Below the pieces are notes generated by a model, which saw only the letters and a program-made list of their open reading frames with translations, ran no database searches and was not told where the DNA came from. This document shows, one piece after another, positions 25,390 to 31,795 of a DNA stretch of 64,000 nt. Source of the DNA: Xanthobacteraceae bacterium (lineage in GTDB: Bacteria; Pseudomonadota; Alphaproteobacteria; Rhizobiales; Xanthobacteraceae); the NCBI GenBank assembly GCA_030041005.1, contig JASHOR010000094.1, positions 3,064 through 67,063 on the forward strand, given 5' to 3'. Numbering within the stretch: the first letter of the stretch is position 1; every line of letters begins with the position of its first letter. Both the position numbers and the translations under genes were made by a program.

Positions 25390-28311
25390 TTACAGCAACT
25401 GCAACTGACCTAGCGTCGCCAATAAGCGTTCGGCGGCTTTGAGGTCGGCCGTATCGAAGCCTTCGGTAAATTGCTCGAAAACCGGCAGCAACAGCGCGCG
25501 CGCGTCGTCGGAACGTCCCTGGCCGATCCAGAGCGTCGCGAGATCGATTGCGGTTCGCAGTTCCCACGCACGCAATCTTTGAGCGCGACTCAATCTCAGC
25601 GATTGCATGAAACACTCTTCAGCATCCCTGCGACGTTGATCCGGCATCGCCAGAAAAATGTTGCCTTTCAGGCGAAACACCTCCGGCAAGTAGGAGGAGT
25701 CGCGCCTCGACTCAATCTGACGGACCGTTTCATCGAGCTGTGTCACGCCCTCGTCGAACCGGCCGTTGGCTGCGAGTCCGCTGCCGAGCATCATATTCAA
25801 TCGCGCGGTGAAGCGCCGGTAACATGCCGCCTCGAGCTGTCCGAGACATTCCTGCAGCATCTCGATGCCGGCATTGACCTCACCGCGGCGGATGGCGAGT
25901 TCTCCCTTGAGACCACGTCCAAGGTCCATATAGGGCTTGGAGCGTTGTGTTTCTGCACGAGAGATCAACCAATCAAGGTGCTGCTCGGCGGCGCCGAGAT
26001 CGCCGATCCACAACAATATCGTAATGGCATTGACGACCATGGCGAAAGAGACCGGTTGGTCCATTCGCTCTCCTTCCTTGATGGCGTGACGGGCGCGCGC
26101 CATCGCTTGCGCAGGGTAGCCCTGCAGCCAAAGAGTTCTGGTCAGCGCGAGTTCGGCCCAACTGCAATGGTCAAAGCCGAAAGAGTGCGCACGGCTGGTT
26201 GGCGCGCTGCGTCCGAGAGCGATCGCTGTTTCCAGTTCCGGGCGGGCGCGGCTGGGATCGCCCATAAGATGCAGTGAAATCCCCAGCAGCGCATGCGCCA
26301 GCGCGGTTGCGCCGGCGTCGCCAAGCGTGCTCGCGATCTCGAGACTGCGCGTTGCACATTGCAAGGCCTTCTCCAAGTCCCCGGCGCGCGTATGGTACAG
26401 GTGCATAGGTCCGAGAAGTCGCACCTCATTGAGGAGGTCGCCGCGCGCTTCGGCAATGGCAAGGCTTCTGTGCAATGCCGCACCCGCGGCTTCGCAAGGC
26501 CCGCGAGTGAACATTAACGCCAGGCTCATGCACGCCTGGAGCTGCATCTCCTCCTGCCCGCCGCGGCTTGCGCCGTCGAGAACGAATATCGCCCGCTCCG
26601 ACCAGCGATGGCATTCGATAAGCAGCGACATGGTCAAAAAGACCGGCGTGGCGGCCGCCGCAAGAGCAATGCCGAGCTCGACGTAATCCGCGTTGGCGAA
26701 GCACCATTCAAGTGCGGCGCGCGCGTTATTGAGGCCGGCGAGATACGGCCCCCGTTCGGCGCCGGTCGGCAAGGTCTGCCATTCAGCCGCGGTCCGCTCC
26801 AGCCATTGCCGGTAGTAAGTCGCATGGCGAACAGCCAAGTCGACGGCGCCGGCATCATCAATGCCGATGTCGAGGACGTAAGCGCGCGTTGTATTGAAAA
26901 GTCGATAGTACATCATCGCGCCGATGAGACGCGTCTCCACCATCGACTTGGCCACAAGGCTGTCGATGGCGGCCAGGACGGCCGCCTGGTCGAGCGTCGC
27001 GTTCGCCACCACCGCCAATGCAGCGTCAAGCGTAAAGTATGCAACAAAGACCGCAAGTCGGCGAAGCACCATGCGGTCCGTCTCCGACAAGAGCTTGAAG
27101 CTCCAATCCAGCGTGGCTTGCAGAGTTCTTTGACGTGGCGGCGCGGTACGCTGCCCCTGCCACAGTAAGGCCAAATGTTGGTCGAGAAGAGCGGCGGTTC
27201 CCTGCAGACCGTAGGCCTCTACGCGCCGGGCAGCCAATTCGATCGCGAGCGGCACACCGTCAAGCTTCCGGCAAATGCTTACCACGCTGGCTATTTCAGG
27301 CTCCGTGAGATTCAAATGAGTACCGCTCGCCAGCGCGCGGTCGATAAAGAGTTGGGGCGCGGGGAACCTCCAAGCGACGGCGGCCGAGAGCTTTTCATCA
27401 TCAGGCGGATAGGCCAATGATTCCAGCCTGTAGACATGCTCGCCCTCAACTTCAAGAATTTCGCGACTTGTCGCCAGGATATGAACTTGCGGAGCGCCCA
27501 ATAAAATACGTGAGGCCAATGTGGCGACGGCCCCAATGAGGTGTTCACAGGTATCGAGTATCAGAAGCAACCGTTTATCGCGCAGATCGACGATCAGACT
27601 TGGCGTCGCATCTTCAGAGTGCACCGATAGTCCCAGCATGGAGGCGATCGCCGTGGCCACCAGATCGGGATCGCTTAACTCCGCGAGATCGACGAACAGC
27701 ACCGCACTTGCAAATTCTTCGATCAAGCGATGGCCAATCTCCACGGCCAGCGTCGTCTTGCCCACCCCCCCGGCGCCCACGATCGTCACTAACCGCTCGG
27801 CCATTATATCGGCCGACACCTTGAGAACGTCCTCGTCACGCCCGATCATGCGGATCAAACGGCCAGGCAGGTTTTCGTGTACAAATCGAGTGGCAGCCCC
27901 AGCAATTGCAGACCCACGGTCATTGGACCGCGATACGTGCGCCACGAAACAGTAGCCTTTCCCGGCCAATGTCGTGATGTATCGGGCGCCGCCCTCGCCT
28001 TCGCCCAGCGCCTTGCGCAGGCTGGCGACATGAAAGCGGAGACTGCTTTCTTCCACGGTGACGTCGGGCCAGACTCTGGCCAAAAGGTCCCTCTTGCTCA
28101 CCACGTGATTCGCCTGGGATACCAGAGCAATCAGGATGTCCAGCGCCCGCGCGCCCAAAGGCACGGAAGCGCCCTCCTTTGTAAGGAGTCTCTCGCTCGC
28201 GATCAGCGTGAATGGACCAAACGAAATGGCCTCTTCAGGTTGCGGCGAACCCGTGTTCACTCTGTCATCTGTTGTCACTGTCGCACCCGCGCACCTTCCT
28301 GCCCTTAACAT
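25390..28311 (-). CDS. STAND-type transcriptional regulator: OmpR/PhoB-type winged-helix DNA-binding domain, P-loop NTPase (NB-ARC/AAA-like) and TPR-like C-terminal repeats
   Basis: The wHTH region reads 'ISFGPFTLIASERLLTKEGASVPLGARALDILIALVSQANHVVSKRDLLARVWPDVTVEESSLRFHVASLRKAL...GKGYCF'. Walker A is 'IVGAGGVGKTTLA' and Walker B is 'RLLLILDTCEH'. A roughly 600 aa helical repeat region follows. Confidence 0.8.
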   Translation of the reverse strand: MLRAGRCAGATVTTDDRVNTGSPQPEEAISFGPFTLIASERLLTKEGASVPLGARALDILIALVSQANHVVSKRDLLARVWPDVTVEESSLRFHVASLRKALGEGEGGARYITTLAGKGYCFVAHVSRSNDRGSAIAGAATRFVHENLPGRLIRMIGRDEDVLKVSADIMAERLVTIVGAGGVGKTTLAVEIGHRLIEEFASAVLFVDLAELSDPDLVATAIASMLGLSVHSEDATPSLIVDLRDKRLLLILDTCEHLIGAVATLASRILLGAPQVHILATSREILEVEGEHVYRLESLAYPPDDEKLSAAVAWRFPAPQLFIDRALASGTHLNLTEPEIASVVSICRKLDGVPLAIELAARRVEAYGLQGTAALLDQHLALLWQGQRTAPPRQRTLQATLDWSFKLLSETDRMVLRRLAVFVAYFTLDAALAVVANATLDQAAVLAAIDSLVAKSMVETRLIGAMMYYRLFNTTRAYVLDIGIDDAGAVDLAVRHATYYRQWLERTAAEWQTLPTGAERGPYLAGLNNARAALEWCFANADYVELGIALAAAATPVFLTMSLLIECHRWSERAIFVLDGASRGGQEEMQLQACMSLALMFTRGPCEAAGAALHRSLAIAEARGDLLNEVRLLGPMHLYHTRAGDLEKALQCATRSLEIASTLGDAGATALAHALLGISLHLMGDPSRARPELETAIALGRSAPTSRAHSFGFDHCSWAELALTRTLWLQGYPAQAMARARHAIKEGERMDQPVSFAMVVNAITILLWIGDLGAAEQHLDWLISRAETQRSKPYMDLGRGLKGELAIRRGEVNAGIEMLQECLGQLEAACYRRFTARLNMMLGSGLAANGRFDEGVTQLDETVRQIESRRDSSYLPEVFRLKGNIFLAMPDQRRRDAEECFMQSLRLSRAQRLRAWELRTAIDLATLWIGQGRSDDARALLLPVFEQFTEGFDTADLKAAERLLATLGQLQLL

Positions 28312-28472
28312 GCCTATCGCGTAAATGTCATGTTATTGGACGATGGCATCGTCGATGCCTTTGCAGGATGAGCCGGCTCCGGGAAGCTCGGCTCCCCGCT
28401 TCACCACAACGCCTCCATCTGTGTGGCACACAAGCGCTGCACCATCTGCATTTGCGTCCGACTGCGTTTTGC

Positions 28473-28504
28473 GTTGCCTTGGCCATTAGTTGCCTTGGCC
28501 ATTA
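28473..28504. repeat. Perfect 16-bp tandem duplication
   Basis: 'gttgccttggccatta' occurs twice back to back, at 28473-28488 and 28489-28504. Confidence 0.95.
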
Positions 28505-28660
28505 AAAGGGGGCGTGCCGGCCAGCGTTTGACAAGAACCGCTTATTGTCGTCGGATGCTGGAACGCTTTGATTGATTGTCCTTGTCGGTGGAACTACCGA
28601 CAACATTGTCGGAACCACGCCGCACTTGCAATGTCGTGCGTCAAAAAGAGACAACAAGAT

Positions 28661-28719
28661 TTATTAAGGGCTATTAGGATGCGCAAGAAACTATTAGGAG
28701 GTATTAGGAACTATTAGAA
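28661..28719. promoter_or_regulatory. Array of five 9-mers (consensus CTATTAGGA) on a 10-bp register
   Basis: The copies are 'ttattaagg' (28661), 'ctattagga' (28671), 'ctattagga' (28691), 'gtattagga' (28701) and 'ctattagaa' (28711). The 28681 slot is empty. The array lies in the low-GC intergenic patch upstream of the STAND regulator gene. The repeat is certain, but its function is inferred. Confidence 0.4.
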
Positions 28720-29383
28720 TGTTTTTCGATCTGATTAACTCGAAAGAGTCTCCGAGTTGCAATCGCTTATCATTCAATCATTTCTGGGTCCCGCGCTTTA
28801 CCAAACAGGCGATAAATAGGGAGCATGCCGGCATCGGAATCCTGGAAGTCGCGCCAATCTTCCCCTTCAGCGCGCGGAGGCAGGGCTCGCCCTGCGTCGG
28901 GGACCCCACTCTGCTCAGCAAGAGCAAAAAAGATTGACGTCGCTTTCCGGGTTTCAACGGCAAGCTGCAAAGGCAACTCGTTGCCGATGAACCCCGGGTC
29001 GCGGCGACATACCTGCGACGGTCCAGGCCGTGAAAGCGGGCGGCGTGCTCGAAAGAGTCCGGGCGAATTCCGGTCTGGGTTCGCCCGGACTTCATTCAAC
29101 CGAGGCTACGGATCGATGGGAGGAGGACGAAGTCTTGACCGACCCGGGGAAAAACCCAATGCAGCAATCTTTGCCTCGAGCTGGCCTTGGATGCGAGCCA
29201 GAAATCCGTTACCAGCAAATTACAACATGCCATTGGACAAGCGTGCCCGCTTCTCAAAAATTGGGAGAATTGTCCAATTATTGTGTCTTTCGCCGATCTG
29301 GCTTGAACGGCGGGCTTTTTGAGTAACAGAGATCCTGCGTTGCTCCTGATGCTTGAGCAGGTATCCGGCGGCACCCCAGGCGT

Positions 29384-31042
29384 CTAGGCGGTCATTTCGA
29401 GGTGCTGGGCAATCTCCCAGCTCACGGGCAGCTCGACATCACCATTGATGCGAACATTGACGATCACCGGGCCGTTTTCGACCGCAAGGGCCTTGTCGAT
29501 CTCGCCGAAATCGTCCGGCCGATTGACTCTGAAACCCTTGGCGCCAAGTCCGACGGCCAATTTCTCGAAATCAGGCTGAGCCACTTCCGCGTATTTCGTA
29601 GGCATACCCTTGTGCACCAGGTCGTGCCGCTCCTGCCCGACGGCATTGTCGTTGAAAACGAAAACGGTGAGCGGCAGCTTGTGGCTGACCGCGGTGTGGA
29701 AATCCGCCACGTTCATCATGAACGAAGCATCCGCCGTGAGATGGGTGACGCGCTTGCCTGGTCGCGCAAAGCAAGCGCCCAATGCGATGCTTAGGCCCTG
29801 CCCGATCGCCCCGAAGTCCAGTCCCGACGCCCAGTTGTCGGCGCTGGGGCTGCTCATCGCCTGACACAGCACCATTGCAGCGTGGCCGCCGTCGAAGACG
29901 AGAATGCGGTCCCGTTTTGGCAGCTTGTCTTCCAGATAAGCGGCGGCGCGACGCGGATCGACCCATTTGCCGTCGTCGTAACTGATCTTCGGCGGCTTGC
30001 GCTGCTTGATTTTCTGTAAGGTCTGCGCGTCCGGCTGACGGCCCGGCTTGCCGCCGTCCTTTAGACGATCCAGCAAAGCCGCAACGGCCACCTTCGCATC
30101 CGCTTCCATGCCGACTGCAATCCGTGCAAACCAGCCGAACGCGTCCTCTCGGTCATCGATCTGGATAATTTTCTTGCCGTTCGCCAGGATCTTGCCGAAG
30201 TGCGTCGTCCACTCGTTCAAACTCGCGCCGACGACGATCATGACATCGCTTTCGGCCAGCGTATCGACCGTCAGGTCCGAGCCGAGGCCGCCGCTGATGC
30301 CGAGATAAAGCGGGTACTGAGCACAAAGGCCTGCGGCATATAGTGTGGTCGCGACCGGCGCGCCGAGGTATTCGGCCAATTTGCGAACCTCGGACTCGGC
30401 CTTGCCTTCGGCGGCGCCAAGCCCGCAGAGAATGGTCGGCCGTTTGGCGCCGGCCACGATCTTGGCGGCTTCGGCAACGTCCTCCGGCCGCGGCGGCTGC
30501 AGCACCTTCGCCTTGTACATGGGGCGATAGGTCCATTTTTCGTCCGGCAGGATGCCGTGCTGGACGTCCTGCGGCAAGTTGAAGACAAACGGACCTTTCT
30601 TTGCCTTGAGCTGGCGGAAAGCTTCACCAAGGCAGTAATCGACATTGTCGGCGTGATCGATCTTCGCCGTCGCCCCGGCTGTGAGCTTCGCCATTGCGTG
30701 CTGGTCGACCATGCCTTGCGGGTTGTAGGGATCACGCAGCGAGGCGTGCCCGGCCAACATCAAGACCGGCGATCGATGCAGCCGAGCCAGAACGAGCGAG
30801 GTCGTGGCGTTGGTGTAGCCCGGGCCTTGTGTGGTGGCGGCAAGGCCGATCTTGCCGGAGAAGCGCGCATAGCCGTCCGCCATGCCGACGGCGGCAGTCT
30901 CATGATGCGCGTGAACGTATTTGAGCCCGTGCCTTTCACACAGTTCTACAATGATGTCCTGATTGGCATCGCCCATGACCGCGAAAACGTGATCAATGTC
31001 TTCAGCCGCGATTGCAGCGGCAAGCGCTTCCAGCACCTTCAT
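29384..31042 (-). CDS. Thiamine-pyrophosphate-dependent enzyme (acetolactate synthase / benzoylformate decarboxylase-like)
   Basis: The product contains 'HETAAVGMADGYARFSGKIGLAATTQGPGYTNATTSL' (the TPP N-terminal domain) and 'GAIGQGLSIALGA...LTADASFMMNVADFHTAV...PLTVFVFNDNAVG' (the GDG/NN-type TPP-binding motif). Confidence 0.85.
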   Translation of the reverse strand: MKVLEALAAAIAAEDIDHVFAVMGDANQDIIVELCERHGLKYVHAHHETAAVGMADGYARFSGKIGLAATTQGPGYTNATTSLVLARLHRSPVLMLAGHASLRDPYNPQGMVDQHAMAKLTAGATAKIDHADNVDYCLGEAFRQLKAKKGPFVFNLPQDVQHGILPDEKWTYRPMYKAKVLQPPRPEDVAEAAKIVAGAKRPTILCGLGAAEGKAESEVRKLAEYLGAPVATTLYAAGLCAQYPLYLGISGGLGSDLTVDTLAESDVMIVVGASLNEWTTHFGKILANGKKIIQIDDREDAFGWFARIAVGMEADAKVAVAALLDRLKDGGKPGRQPDAQTLQKIKQRKPPKISYDDGKWVDPRRAAAYLEDKLPKRDRILVFDGGHAAMVLCQAMSSPSADNWASGLDFGAIGQGLSIALGACFARPGKRVTHLTADASFMMNVADFHTAVSHKLPLTVFVFNDNAVGQERHDLVHKGMPTKYAEVAQPDFEKLAVGLGAKGFRVNRPDDFGEIDKALAVENGPVIVNVRINGDVELPVSWEIAQHLEMTA

Positions 31043-31165
31043 GATGATAGTCCCTTTGGCTGCTCAATACTTTTTGAGACTCCTCAATATTTTTGTTCTT
31101 TCGCTTGCAGAGTCGATGCTGATCAGTCTCCGGCAGTTCTTCGGGTGAAGACTGCCGACAAGCAG

Positions 31166-31243
31166 CTAGTGTGGCTTTGGTTCAGAACTCCGCATGACGA
31201 GGTTGCGGCAGGAATGATGCGGACTTCTGAACCGCCACACTAG
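31166..31243. repeat. CTAG-bounded hairpin module type A (inverted relative to 3367 and 58544)
   Basis: The sequence is 'ctagtgtggctttggttcagaactccgcatgacgaggttgcggcaggaatgatgcggacttctgaaccgccacactag', with CTAG at both ends. Confidence 0.9.
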
Positions 31244-31265
31244 ACCGTCTGGCGAAAGTTGTCGT

Positions 31266-31472
31266 TTACCGTGCGTGGTTCATAGGAGCGGTGTTACGAA
31301 CGCAACTGTCCCTTTCCGAGTGCTTGCCGGCTCTGCACTGAGACAGCGTGTCGAAAGCGCATTCCTGCGACGATCCTGTTTGAAGACAGAACCTGTGATG
31401 CATGTACTGCGCGGAAGCGCCGCTTCCCGACAGCAGGCTGATCACAAAAATCGCGCCGAACAGATATCGCAT
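31266..31472 (-). CDS. Small secreted Cys-containing protein, DUF3551-like
   Basis: The signal peptide is 'MRYLFGAIFVISLLSGSGASA'. The mature part reads 'QYMHHRFCLQTGSSQECAFDTLSQCRAGKHSERDSCVRN', a C..C.F.T..QC...C..N pattern I associate with DUF3551. GGGAGA lies 5-6 nt upstream of the ATG. Confidence 0.6.
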   Translation of the reverse strand: MRYLFGAIFVISLLSGSGASAQYMHHRFCLQTGSSQECAFDTLSQCRAGKHSERDSCVRNTAPMNHAR

Positions 31473-31527
31473 CGGAGTCTCCCTCGTTTCGTCAAAAGGG
31501 TCATATTGATTTCGTCAAAAAGGTCAT

Positions 31528-31560
31528 ATTGAACAAATTGAAATTATTGAACGAATTGAA
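31528..31560. promoter_or_regulatory. ATTGAA x4 at an exact 9-bp period, directly after a 23-bp tandem duplication (31487-31532)
   Basis: ATTGAA occurs at 31528, 31537, 31546 and 31555. 'tttcgtcaaaagggtcatattga' (31487-31509) is repeated as 'tttcgtcaaaaaggtcatattga' (31510-31532). The array lies 15-90 nt upstream of the minus-strand start at 31472. Confidence 0.4.
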
Positions 31561-31617
31561 TTGCCACCGCAGTCAAACGCTTGAGCGGAGTAAACACTTG
31601 CGATCCCCCGACGAATT

Positions 31618-31665
31618 GCTTGAAAAGCACATCACTTTTGGAAAATTGCGCAAAATACCCGAAAT
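31618..31665 (-). promoter_or_regulatory. Conserved upstream element, instance 1 (core CTTTTGGAAAATTGCGCAAAA on the plus strand)
   Basis: The sequence is 'gcttgaaaagcacatcacttttggaaaattgcgcaaaatacccgaaat', 163 nt upstream of the start at 31472. It aligns over about 45 nt with 44639-44682. Confidence 0.45.
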
Positions 31666-31795
31666 GGGCGACGCCGTGCGCAAGGACCGTCATCCGCAAT
31701 TATCGATTCGGTCTTTTGCGAAACCGCTTCCGATGCGCTTTGTGAACTCCGCCTCGCCTGGCTGATGATCTCCGACCATAAGACCCTGCCATCTG

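Noticed and set aside
28328-28486. An unlisted 52 aa Cys-rich ORF ('MAKATQNAVGRKCRWCSACVPHRWRRC...') immediately upstream of, and co-oriented with, the STAND regulator. I considered it as a possible leader peptide or zinc-ribbon protein.
   Set aside because: By my count its third-position GC is only about 50%, against very high values in real genes here. It uses many rare codons (AGA, AGG, ATA, CGA) and has no SD. Its ATG arises from the 16-bp tandem duplication. It is probably non-coding, though ribosome profiling could revisit this.
28770-29099. Overlapping ORFs in the low-GC patch (28719..28937+, 28770..29099-, 28778..29095-, 28825..29322+, 29096..29374-), examined as a possible decayed integrase, transposase or toxin gene.
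   Set aside because: None shows motifs I can recognise (no recombinase R..H..R..Y, DDE or HTH patterns). The frames overlap one another. They are reported as an anomalous region rather than as genes.
31635-31655. A sigma-54 promoter reading of 'TGGAAAATTGC' in the conserved upstream element.
   Set aside because: The sigma-54 consensus is TGGCAC-N5-TTGC (GG-N10-GC). Here GG and GC are only 6-8 nt apart, and the element is oriented opposite to the downstream genes in that reading.
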